Source of the DNA: Candidatus Omnitrophota bacterium
GTDB lineage: Bacteria; Omnitrophota; Gorgyraeia; 1-14-0-20-64-10
DNA: 59,582 bases
Reading direction: 5' to 3'
NCBI GenBank assembly: GCA_016201735.1
Contig: JACQCH010000014.1
Span: 1 to 59,582, forward strand
The position numbers were made by a program, and so were the translations under genes. Of this stretch, positions 31,865 to 40,042 are shown in pieces. The notes below the pieces were generated by a model that searched no databases, was not told the DNA's origin, and was given only the letters and a program-made list of their open reading frames with translations. Positions within the stretch are counted from its first letter, which is position 1. Each line of letters begins with the position of its first letter.

Positions 31865-33279
31865 GCGTGAAGTAACTCGACCGGGACAATGTTGCCCGGA
31901 CTTAAAATTCCGTTCGGGTCCAAGGCACGCTTGACCCGAGCCATCTCTTCAAGCCCCCGCCTGCCGATCATCATCTCCAGGTAAGGGATCCGGACCTTTC
32001 CGATCCCATGTTCGGCCGAGACCGTCCCGCCCAGCTCCACCGCTTTTCTCGCCAGCAGATCATAAATCCCCTTCGACCGGTCGAACTCCTCCTGGGTCTT
32101 CGGAAGGAGATTGGCATGGAGGTTGTTGTCTCCCAGATGCCCGAAGAGGCAGGTGTCAATCCCCGATTTTCCGAGGATCTCGAGGTAGAAATCCAGCATC
32201 GCCTCGGCCTTCGCGTCCGGGACCGCGAAATCGGTCCCGATTTTCCGGAAACCATTTAAGGCCACCTGCTCGTTGACCAGGACCGGAAGATCGTGCCGGA
32301 ACTCTTTCGGGATCGGGGCGAAATGCCCCCACGGCTGATGGACCGAATCTTCTTGGCCTGCCTGCGTCTCCTGCTCGAAGAAAAGGGCGGCGCCGGCCTC
32401 TTTTGGGATCCTGGGATGTTTCTTGAGAAGCAGTTTAAGCGACCGGGAATCAAAAAACTCCAGCAGGCGGGGGTCCAGACGCGTCCCCGCGGATTCGGCC
32501 CGTCCGATTCGACGCGCTTCCCAGGTGAAGCGGGCGCATTCCTTCTCGGAATCGAAGAAAAGAAGTCCGCCCACGACCGCCTCCGGTTTCTTAAGAACCG
32601 CCAGCTCGATCTCGGTGAACACCCCTAAGGTTCCCTCCGACCCGATGAACAGGTCGATGAGATCCATATCGGGTGCAGTGAAATAGCCGGCGGTGTTCTT
32701 GACCGGCGGCATCGAATAGGTGGGGATGGGGATCTGAATTCTCACGCCGTTGGAGAGTCGGATCGAGAGGGTCCCACCCTCTGCTTTGGTCTGCCCGCGC
32801 GAGAGCTCCAATGGCTCTCCGTTGGGGAGAATCATCCGGAGCCGGCGGACGTACCGGCGGGTGGGACCGTACTTGAAGGATCGGGAACCGGAGGCGTTGG
32901 TGGCGACCGTCCCTCCGATGAAGGCGGCGGTCTCTCCGGGATTCGGCGGGTAAAAAAGCCCTCGCGGCTCCAGCGCCTCCTGCAGATCTTTTAAGATCAC
33001 GCCCGGCTGAACAACGGCGAATCCGCTACCGGCGGAGTCGTCCCATTCGATCTTTAGGATCCGGTTCAGCCGTTCCATCGAGAGGACCGTTCCCCCTTGG
33101 GGGACCCGGGCGCCGGTTAAGCCGGTTCCCGCCCCGGAGACGGTGATAGGGATTTTTTTCTGGTTCGCTTCTTTCAGAAGTTGGGAGATTTCTTTTTCAG
33201 TCGACGGGAAGCAGGCTCGCTCGGCTTTTCCCCGGAAGAGAGAAGCATCCTTGAGGTAATTTTCCAGCGGAGGGTTCAA
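31837..33279 (-). CDS. FAD-linked 2-hydroxyacid oxidase/dehydrogenase (GlcD/D-2-HG dehydrogenase-like)
   Basis: GAGTGLTG, GGTVATNASG, GSEGTLG, GHLGDNNLH, SAEHGIG, DP.GIL.PG. Confidence 0.88.
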   Translation of the reverse strand: MNPPLENYLKDASLFRGKAERACFPSTEKEISQLLKEANQKKIPITVSGAGTGLTGARVPQGGTVLSMERLNRILKIEWDDSAGSGFAVVQPGVILKDLQEALEPRGLFYPPNPGETAAFIGGTVATNASGSRSFKYGPTRRYVRRLRMILPNGEPLELSRGQTKAEGGTLSIRLSNGVRIQIPIPTYSMPPVKNTAGYFTAPDMDLIDLFIGSEGTLGVFTEIELAVLKKPEAVVGGLLFFDSEKECARFTWEARRIGRAESAGTRLDPRLLEFFDSRSLKLLLKKHPRIPKEAGAALFFEQETQAGQEDSVHQPWGHFAPIPKEFRHDLPVLVNEQVALNGFRKIGTDFAVPDAKAEAMLDFYLEILGKSGIDTCLFGHLGDNNLHANLLPKTQEEFDRSKGIYDLLARKAVELGGTVSAEHGIGKVRIPYLEMMIGRRGLEEMARVKRALDPNGILSPGNIVPVELLHAAHGSINSP

Positions 33280-33280
33280 T

Positions 33281-33345
33281 TCCGTTCGTGCTGAGCTTGT
33301 CGAAGCACGAAGGAGTCACCCTTCGACAAGCTCAGGGTGATCGGA
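33281..33345. repeat. REP-like inverted pair (ctgagcttgtcgaag / cttcgacaagctcag)
   Basis: Intergenic palindrome; homologous to 5961-6050. Confidence 0.8.
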
Positions 33346-33359
33346 AGTTGTTCCACGGT

Positions 33360-34010
33360 TCACCGATTCGGCTTCGCCGTTTGAGTCGGCTTGGCGGTGA
33401 TGACCGATGATTTCATCAAGCTGTCGGCCGATGGAGGAGAGAAGCCGGCGTAGCCCCGGTGCCGCTCGATCAGCTCCACCACCGTGAAGGGATTACCCTC
33501 TTTCTCGTCGGCCGCCGTGAAGATCTGGCGCAGGTCCCCACCCTTGGCGCCGACGACCTCGCCAGCGAAAGGAATCCCCCGCTTCTTTAACGCGGCGACG
33601 GCTTGCTCGATTTCCTCTACCCGGACCGCGATGTGGTGGAGCACCTTGTCGGAGAACCGGTTGACCCAGGGAGAGATCACGCAGGTTTTTCCCCGCTCGC
33701 CGGCGAAGGCCTGGTCGATAAAGACCGCCGGCAGGCCGGCCTTTCGGTAAACCTTCGCCCACCAGTCGTCGTACTCCAGCACTCCCTGCTTCCCCACGGT
33801 TTTGTCCCAGGCGAAGCCGAGATCAAGGAACTCTTCTGAACGCTTCTCCACGTCCAGTGTCCGGACCGTGATGTGATCCACCAGCGGGAACAGGCCGACC
33901 CCGACCTTCCCCAGTTCCTCCTTCAGGAACCGGGCCGCCTTGTTGTTCTCAACGAACCGGTCCACGTAATTCCGGACACTCTCTTCCGCTTTATCCTTGG
34001 ATTGGGCCAT
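33360..34010 (-). CDS. VOC-superfamily protein (HPPD/HglS-like Fe dioxygenase fold)
   Basis: DHITVRT, HHIAVRV, LRQIFT, VVELIER..GY.GF. Confidence 0.65.
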   Translation of the reverse strand: MAQSKDKAEESVRNYVDRFVENNKAARFLKEELGKVGVGLFPLVDHITVRTLDVEKRSEEFLDLGFAWDKTVGKQGVLEYDDWWAKVYRKAGLPAVFIDQAFAGERGKTCVISPWVNRFSDKVLHHIAVRVEEIEQAVAALKKRGIPFAGEVVGAKGGDLRQIFTAADEKEGNPFTVVELIERHRGYAGFSPPSADSLMKSSVITAKPTQTAKPNR

Positions 34011-34070
34011 CGCTTGAGATTCTCCTCTTATCCATTATATCCCAAAAGTTCGCAACGAGATGAGCAGCCC

Positions 34071-34173
34071 GGGTGCATCCCAAGTTTGTCGGTCATCCTC
34101 GCGAAAGCGAGGATCTGATCCTCATTTTCATGAGGATGACATCCAACGGCACCGACGAATCTGGGATGCACCC
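34071..34173. repeat. Nested palindromic element
   Basis: Outer gggtgcatccca..gtcggt/accgac..tgggatgcaccc; inner gtcatcctcgcgaaagcgaggatc. Confidence 0.65.
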
Positions 34174-34316
34174 AGCAGCCCTGTATTGTATAAGCACCGT
34201 TTTCGTCGAAATTGGAGGCCATGTCAACCAAGATCACTGGGTTGCCTAAAAGCGTAAATGCGCCGAGTATCCTTTGGTTAATTAAAATAAACCTAGATAA
34301 ATAATTTCAAGAGACC

Positions 34317-34346
34317 TTGACAAATCGGGGGGGGGGGTGCTATATT
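34317..34346 (+). promoter_or_regulatory. Sigma70 promoter TTGACA-N18-TATATT (extended TG) with a G11 tract in the spacer
   Basis: -35 at 34317-34322, G run 34327-34337, -10 at 34341-34346. Confidence 0.7.
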
Positions 34347-34355
34347 TCTATTAGT

Positions 34356-34432
34356 ACTCGATAAAGGCAAACCCGCCGCAAGACGGGGGCGCAAAGCAAC
34401 GGGTCCTTTAGACGGATCGCCGAGCTGCCGAG
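34356..34432 (+). ncRNA. Cyclic di-GMP-I (GEMM-I) riboswitch
   Basis: GGCAAACC, P2 with GCAA tetraloop, GCGCAAAGC, GGGTC..., GCCGAGCTGCCGA; agctcggcgat (34461-34471) is complementary to the aptamer 3' side. Confidence 0.85.
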
Positions 34433-34518
34433 GGAAAATGAAAAACCAGTAGGCCTTGGAAGCTCGGCGATTTTATTTTCGCCAGTTTCTAGGGTCTTAG
34501 CGTTAAGGAGAATTTAGA

Positions 34519-35001
34519 ATGCTGAAGCGAATCGTGGTGTCGATGATGGTTATTGGAATGGGAAGCGGTTGGCTCCCGGCGGGAGCGTACGCGGCTGATG
34601 CTGATCCGGTAGAGTCCGTTAAAACAGTGGAGAGCGCCGCCGAGTCTCTACAGCAAGCTCAGCAACCCAGCCCCGCCGACGCGTGGGTGGCGTTTCAGAT
34701 CCAGGTCGATGAATGTATCAAAAAAGTTCCCATGGAAGACAAGAAGGATGCAAAACAGCCGGAAGTTACAATTACAAAAGGGCCCGATGGGAAAAAACTT
34801 ATAGAGACCACAAAATTCCCGGGTGGTAATACAGTCGTTATTATGTTCGGTCCGGATGGCAAGCCGTTAGGTGGGGTTGTTTATGATAAAAATGGGAAGC
34901 CCTTGGCCACCATCCGGGAACTTCCGGACGGTACAAAAATTATTACTCCGTACGACAAAGACGGAAAGCCGAAGGAACCGATAACAATAAAACCTAAGTA
35001 A
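34519..35001 (+). CDS. Secreted hypothetical protein with short beta-hairpin-like (P/K)DGK repeats
   Basis: TAAGGAG RBS, signal peptide ending AYA, GPDGKKL/GPDGKPL/YDKNGKPL/YDKDGKP. Confidence 0.75.
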   Translation: MLKRIVVSMMVIGMGSGWLPAGAYAADADPVESVKTVESAAESLQQAQQPSPADAWVAFQIQVDECIKKVPMEDKKDAKQPEVTITKGPDGKKLIETTKFPGGNTVVIMFGPDGKPLGGVVYDKNGKPLATIRELPDGTKIITPYDKDGKPKEPITIKPK

Positions 35002-35035
35002 TGCTCCAAAGGCAGAATAATAGAGATCGTTTGTT

Positions 35036-36190
35036 CTAAAGCCCAAGGTTTCGAAGCAGAAGCTGCCAGGGAAGGACCTCGACCTTCTCCACAACTTTCC
35101 GCGCGGTCCCAAGGTAAGCGATCACGGGTCGATGCGGCTTCGAGTAATACTCGCTGAAACTCCGAAGGCCCCTTAAGTCGGATCTCCCTATGTGGGTCGA
35201 CGCCTTGGCCTCGACGGCGACCACCTCTTTGCCTAACTCAACGATGAAGTCCACTTCCGCGCCGTGTGTCGTCCGGTAAGAAGAGATTCGGACCTCTTTA
35301 TCTTTGGCGGCTGCGCCATGGATGATCTGATTAAAGAGGAGATGCTCAAAGAGAGTTCCGATCCTGTCCTGCGAGACGATAAAGTTTCCCATCAGACCGT
35401 TCAAGACGCCCGTGTCGAAGAAGAAATAACGGGGGCTCTGAATGAGCCGCTTTCGCTGGGATTTCCGGAAGGCATCGCAGCGCTTCAGGATCAACGTGTC
35501 TTCCAGGATTTCGAAGTATCGGAGGGCCGACTGACGCGGGATTCCGGCGTCCGAGCCGAGCTTCGAGAGATCGAGGAATTTTCCCGCCTCCGCGGCGACC
35601 ACGAAAAGAAACCGAGAGAATCCCTCTAAATTTCTCGTCAGTGCCTCCGCTTGGATTTCTTCCTTGAGATAGGTGGCCGCGTAGGAACGCAAAGTTTTAG
35701 TCCTTTCCGCTTCATCGGTTTCCGTCCAGATGCCCGGCAGCGTTCCTGTGGAGAGAGCCTGTTTGGTGTTGAGCCCGTAGTTGAGCTCCGCGCAGGTCAG
35801 CGGCCCCAGGAAATAGGTATGGATTCTTCCCGGCAGAAGGTTGGCCTTGCCCCGCTTTAATTTTCTTGCGCTGGAGCCGGTGAGATAGAATTTGGGCGGG
35901 CGCGGCGTATCGTCGAGAATGGCCTGAAGGGTGTTCAAGAGTGTGGGAAGTCGCTGTACTTCGTCAATGAAAACCGTCTTGTACGGTTTGGCCGCCAGGC
36001 GCTGGGTGAGTTCCTCTGGGTTTCGAGCAAACTCCAGATAGGTGGATTCCAGAGCCAAGTTAATGCTGAGTTCCGGAGAGAGGCGGTGGATCAGGGTAGA
36101 TTTTCCAGTCTGCCGGGGCCCCAACAGGAGAACACCCTTTTTCGATTTTTGCAGAATCGGCTCTAAACCCCTCTTGATAAAATGTATCAT
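35036..36190 (-). CDS. AAA+ ATPase (AAA_14 + DUF4143)
   Basis: GPRQTGKS, IDEVQ, TGSSAR, YLKEEI.AE, YFFDTG, RT.HGAEVDF, EAK. Confidence 0.88.
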   Translation of the reverse strand: MIHFIKRGLEPILQKSKKGVLLLGPRQTGKSTLIHRLSPELSINLALESTYLEFARNPEELTQRLAAKPYKTVFIDEVQRLPTLLNTLQAILDDTPRPPKFYLTGSSARKLKRGKANLLPGRIHTYFLGPLTCAELNYGLNTKQALSTGTLPGIWTETDEAERTKTLRSYAATYLKEEIQAEALTRNLEGFSRFLFVVAAEAGKFLDLSKLGSDAGIPRQSALRYFEILEDTLILKRCDAFRKSQRKRLIQSPRYFFFDTGVLNGLMGNFIVSQDRIGTLFEHLLFNQIIHGAAAKDKEVRISSYRTTHGAEVDFIVELGKEVVAVEAKASTHIGRSDLRGLRSFSEYYSKPHRPVIAYLGTARKVVEKVEVLPWQLLLRNLGL

Positions 36191-36198
36191 ACGTGGTT

Positions 36199-36228
36199 AT
36201 TTTACCCGGTATTTCAACCGGATGTCAA
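36199..36228 (-). promoter_or_regulatory. Promoter TTGACA-N18-TAAAAT with CCGGT-N6-ACCGG in the spacer
   Basis: -10 box ends 8 nt before ATG 36190. Confidence 0.7.
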
Positions 36229-36237
36229 CAGAAGAGT

Positions 36238-36315
36238 TTAAGCGAGGCGGAGGTTGGAGAGGATCGCCTCGGTGGAATGAGAACGGTTGAGGCAGTAGAA
36301 ATGGAGGCCGGGCAC
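36238..36315 (-). pseudogene. metF: Displaced duplicate of the metF 3' end (25 codons plus stop)
   Basis: VPGLHFYCLNRSHSTEAILSNLRLA*; 36281-36315 matches 37566-37600 at 34/35 nt. Confidence 0.85.
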
Positions 36316-37469
36316 TAAATAAGGGAGGGAAGTCGTCTTAGGTAAGTTTGCCACGGGAGGATCCTGACATCCCCGATGTCATAGGGATGTGAGGCCGTGC
36401 AGACCAGGAAGCAGGGAATTCTTGAGTGCTCTTCCTTGAACGCCCGAATCCCCGAAAGATCGGCACCACCGATGTAAGCGATCGACTTGAATTCGAAGGC
36501 AGCCAAGATCTCCCCATGCTTCTCAATGAGAAGATCAACTTCAGCGCCGTGATTTGTCCTCCAAAAATAGAGATTGGCCTCGCTCCTTTTGTAATGAATC
36601 AGCCGGTCCGCTTCGAGGACGAGGAGCTGCTCAAAGAGTTTGCCCCGCGTGATCCGATCAAGAGGGGCCGTCAGCCGTTTATTCACGGCATTCGTCACGC
36701 CCAGGTCAAAGAAGTAGAATTTCGGATGCCCCGCAAGGCGTTTTCGCAGGCTTTTCCGCCAGGGAAGAAGCTGTAAGCCGATCAGGGTGTCTTCCAGGAT
36801 TTCGTAATAGGATTGGACGGTTCGGACAGGCAACTGGCACTCACGGGCCGTGGAAGAAAAACTCACCGGTTCTGCGAACTGACTGGCTGCGATGTCGAGG
36901 AATCGGGAAAACCCTCCCAGGTTGCGGACAATCCCCTCGGCTTGGATCTCTTCGCGCAAATAGGTGTGGACGTAGGTTGTCAGAAAATCGATGCGGTCTT
37001 TTTGTTCTCTTCCAATGACAGGGGGAAGAGTTCCGAAAAGGAGGGCATCTTCCAGATCAAATTGTTTCTCGATCTCCCCGTAGACGAAAGGAAACAGGTG
37101 CCGTTCTACGGCCCGTCCTCCCAAGAGGTTCGCTCCTCCCCGTCGGAGTTTCCGGGCGCTCGAGCCGGTCAGGATAAACTGGCAACCCGGATCCCTCATC
37201 AGGGCCTGAACCTCGTTCAGCAGGAGGGGAACGCGTTGAATTTCGTCTATGAATAGGGTGTGGATTCCCTCTCGAATTTTCGTCTCAGCCTCCTTCCTGA
37301 AGAGGGAAGGATCCTTCGAGTACTTCAGAAAAAGGTCGCTGAGCAGGAGATCCACTTTCCAGATGGATTCCGTGTAGCGGGTCTCGATCAGCGTGCTTTT
37401 TCCAGTCTGCCGTGGCCCGAAGAGAAAGAAGGACTCTCTTTTTGGGAGGTCGATGATTCTATTTATCAT
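36315..37469 (-). CDS. AAA+ ATPase (AAA_14 + DUF4143)
   Basis: GPRQTGKS, IDEIQ, TGSSAR, YLREEIQAE, KFYFFDLG, FWRTNHGAEVD, EFK. Confidence 0.88.
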   Translation of the reverse strand: MINRIIDLPKRESFFLFGPRQTGKSTLIETRYTESIWKVDLLLSDLFLKYSKDPSLFRKEAETKIREGIHTLFIDEIQRVPLLLNEVQALMRDPGCQFILTGSSARKLRRGGANLLGGRAVERHLFPFVYGEIEKQFDLEDALLFGTLPPVIGREQKDRIDFLTTYVHTYLREEIQAEGIVRNLGGFSRFLDIAASQFAEPVSFSSTARECQLPVRTVQSYYEILEDTLIGLQLLPWRKSLRKRLAGHPKFYFFDLGVTNAVNKRLTAPLDRITRGKLFEQLLVLEADRLIHYKRSEANLYFWRTNHGAEVDLLIEKHGEILAAFEFKSIAYIGGADLSGIRAFKEEHSRIPCFLVCTASHPYDIGDVRILPWQTYLRRLPSLI

Positions 37470-37477
37470 GATGCAGG

Positions 37478-37506
37478 ATTGTACGGCATATTTGCACCGT
37501 TGTCAA
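37478..37506 (-). promoter_or_regulatory. Promoter TTGACA-N17-TACAAT
   Basis: -10 box ends 8 nt before ATG 37469; short ACGG/CCGT inverted repeat in the spacer. Confidence 0.7.
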
Positions 37507-37522
37507 TAGGAGGTGGAGTGGT

Positions 37523-38443
37523 TCAGGCGGGACGCAGGTTTTTGAGGACTTTTTCAGCGGAAACGGAACGGTTGAGGCAGTAGAAGTGGAGGCCGGGCAC
37601 CCCGGACCTCAGTAATTCCCCGCACATCCTCGTGGAAAGTTCAATTCCGTATTTCGCGGCTCCCTCGTCGTCGTTCTCGTATTTCACCAACTCCTTGGCG
37701 ACCGCCGGCGGGATCGTCGCCTTGCACAGGTCGGCGAAGCGCCGGACCTGAGAGACGGAAAGAATCGGCAGAATTCCCGGCACGACCGGCGCGGTGATTC
37801 CGGCCTTCTTGACGTGCCCCATGAATTCGAAGAAGTAAGCGTTGTCGAAGAAAAGCTGTGTGATGATGACGCAGCCGCCCGCCGAAACCTTCCTCTTTAA
37901 ATAAGCGATATCCGAGGCCCGGTCCTTCGCTTCGAAATGGACCTCCGGGAAGCCGGTCACCGCGATCGAGAACCAGGGATCCTTGCGGGCCTCCTCAATC
38001 AGCTCCACGGAGGAATGGAACCCGTCCGGATGCGGCTTGAACCGGCTGGCCGGTTCAAGCCGGCTGGCCGGTTTGAAGTCCGGCTGGTCCTTCGGCGGAT
38101 CCCCCCGCAGGGCAAGAAGGTTGTACACCCCCATCGCTTTTAGACGTTTCAGGTTTTCCAGGAGATCCTGTTTGGACTGGCCGATGATGTTCAAGTGGCA
38201 GGTGGTTTCGACCCCGGACTTATTTTTGAGCCGGTCGCACAGATCCAGGGTGAGGTCTCGAGTCGTTCCTCCCGCGCCGTAGGTCATCGAGAAGAAGGCC
38301 GGCTGGAATCGTTTGAGCCGCCCGACGGTCTCGAACAGTTTCTCAACGGCTTCCGGGGTTTTGGGAGGGAACAGCTCGAAGGAAATATCCGGTTTACCGG
38401 TCTGATCCGGCTTGCCGGATTTATAAAGCTGGTCCAATCTCAT
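37523..38443 (-). CDS. metF: 5,10-methylenetetrahydrofolate reductase
   Basis: SFELFPPKT, TYGAGG, LALRGDPP, PEVH, ITQLFFD, PGILP, GLHFYCLNR. Confidence 0.94.
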   Translation of the reverse strand: MRLDQLYKSGKPDQTGKPDISFELFPPKTPEAVEKLFETVGRLKRFQPAFFSMTYGAGGTTRDLTLDLCDRLKNKSGVETTCHLNIIGQSKQDLLENLKRLKAMGVYNLLALRGDPPKDQPDFKPASRLEPASRFKPHPDGFHSSVELIEEARKDPWFSIAVTGFPEVHFEAKDRASDIAYLKRKVSAGGCVIITQLFFDNAYFFEFMGHVKKAGITAPVVPGILPILSVSQVRRFADLCKATIPPAVAKELVKYENDDEGAAKYGIELSTRMCGELLRSGVPGLHFYCLNRSVSAEKVLKNLRPA

Positions 38444-39042
38444 GAAGAGGGTTTGTGGCTGCGGCGGGCCGAACGGACGATGAGAAAGGTGATCCCGGCG
38501 AACAGCAGGTAAGGGGTACACAGAAGCAGGCCCAGCGACCAGGCGAATCCACCGGTCAGGCGGGAGGCGGCGGCCAGGTCGCGCGTGGAAGCAACCACAT
38601 CCTGGCACATCGGGCAGCCCAGCGCCCAGTTGACCCGGTACAGCATCCAGTAGACGATCACACCGGTGACCGAGACGTACAGCCAGATGGGGAACGCCCA
38701 TCGGGCGATCCGGCGATGCTCCTCGAGACGGCTGCGGACCGCCAGGAACAAGGTTCGGATCGCCAGGGGGACAATGACAACCGCCAGAATCGTGTGGGAG
38801 ATCAGGATCGCGAAGTAGACCGGCCGAATAGGCCCCCTGCCGGGGAAATGAGTGGATCCGTGGAGGGCGTGGTAAGTCAGGTAGGAAACCAGAAACAAGA
38901 TCGAGGTCAGGAACGCCAGCGACATCAAAATCCCGTGGGCCTGAGCTTTCTTTTTCCGGATGAGAAAGAGACCGGTCACCAGGAACAGGGCGCTGGTTCC
39001 GTTCAAGACGGCGTTCAGGGTCGGCAGGAGGTTAATGGACAA
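38440..39042 (-). CDS. DUF420 (CtaM-like) membrane protein with a C-terminal CPMC/transmembrane extension
   Basis: LPTLNA.LN, FL.SYL.YH, IL.SH..LA, H..IARW..PIWLYVSVTG. Confidence 0.85.
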   Translation of the reverse strand: MSINLLPTLNAVLNGTSALFLVTGLFLIRKKKAQAHGILMSLAFLTSILFLVSYLTYHALHGSTHFPGRGPIRPVYFAILISHTILAVVIVPLAIRTLFLAVRSRLEEHRRIARWAFPIWLYVSVTGVIVYWMLYRVNWALGCPMCQDVVASTRDLAAASRLTGGFAWSLGLLLCTPYLLFAGITFLIVRSARRSHKPSS

Positions 39043-39616
39043 GCTGGACCGCCTCTCTGATCAGCTGCTCAAGCGCCTTCGGATCGGTCGAGTCGTAATA
39101 ACCGCGGATCCATCCTTCGGGATCGACCAGCACGAACCGGGTGCTGTGGGTGACCGGCTCCATCAGATTCTCTCCTTCTTCGGCGTAGCTGAGGCGGAAT
39201 CCCTGCTGGACCAGCGGCCCGATCACTTCGGGGGATCCGGTCAGGAAATGCCAGCGGCCGGCCTCGGCCCGGTTATGCCTTGCGTAGGCCTCCAGGACTT
39301 CCGGGGTGTCGCGCGCCGGGTCGACGCTGATCGAGACCAGATGAATTCCCGCCGGCAGGCGCCGCTGGAGCAGGAGCATCTTCTCGGTCATCTGCGGGCA
39401 TTGTCCGGCGCAGGAGGTGAAGATAAAGTCGGCGATCCAGATATGATTTTTGAGCGCGGCGCTCTGGAAGGGCTGTCCCGTCTCGTCGATGAGTTGAAAG
39501 GGTGGAACCTGCGTGAGGGTCGGAAGAATCAGGGGGGACGGCCGAACGATGGAGGATCTCAGCACCACCCCGGTCATGACCAGGAGAAGAATCCCCCAGA
39601 GAATTCGATTATTCAT
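39032..39616 (-). CDS. SCO1/SenC copper chaperone
   Basis: FIFTSCAGQCP (CxxxC), ISVDP..DTP, HS..FVLVD. Confidence 0.9.
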   Translation of the reverse strand: MNNRILWGILLLVMTGVVLRSSIVRPSPLILPTLTQVPPFQLIDETGQPFQSAALKNHIWIADFIFTSCAGQCPQMTEKMLLLQRRLPAGIHLVSISVDPARDTPEVLEAYARHNRAEAGRWHFLTGSPEVIGPLVQQGFRLSYAEEGENLMEPVTHSTRFVLVDPEGWIRGYYDSTDPKALEQLIREAVQLVH

Positions 39617-39624
39617 GAGGAGCC

Positions 39625-39891
39625 CTAGCCCGAGACGATTCCGGCAAAGACCAAAAGAGTCGCCAGCCCGATGAGGAAGAAAGGAAAGCCCGCGACGATC
39701 CAGAGCGGAACCAACCGCTCGAATTTTAGATGCATGTAGAACAGGGCAACGAGAATTGCCTTGATCAGGGAGACGAACAGAATGAGCCCGACCGCCGTCG
39801 TCTTGGAGATCGGCAGCGTCGAGATGAATGTCCCCGCCGCCAACAGGACGATCAGCCAAATCCAGATGACAAAATACTTTCCGTAGCTCAC
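39625..39891 (-). CDS. Cytochrome c oxidase subunit IV (CtaF-like)
   Basis: KA.LV..FYMHLKFE, three transmembrane segments; GTG start formed by the MITE end. Confidence 0.85.
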   Translation of the reverse strand: MSYGKYFVIWIWLIVLLAAGTFISTLPISKTTAVGLILFVSLIKAILVALFYMHLKFERLVPLWIVAGFPFFLIGLATLLVFAGIVSG

Positions 39892-40042
39892 CCCGCCCCT
39901 CCGGAGTTGCAGCTCCGCCCCTGCAGGGGTGGAGCCGCTGTGCCGAAGGCACCGATGCCCTCGGCTGTCTCTCGTTTAACAACACCATAAGAATCCAAAT
40001 TGTCACCTATGCCGAGGGCATAACTCCGGAGGGGCGGGGTCA
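39888..40042. mobile_element. MITE-like cloverleaf element, copy 2 (39891-40039)
   Basis: Same terminal inverted repeats and TCA direct repeats as copy 1. Confidence 0.8.

Noticed and set aside
34028-34257. Short ORFs on both strands
   Set aside because: They span a palindromic repeat element and show no coding signal.
34356-34432. 3',3'-cGAMP-sensing riboswitch variant
   Set aside because: The discriminating position aligns to G (AAAGGCAAA), the c-di-GMP type; alignment was by eye.
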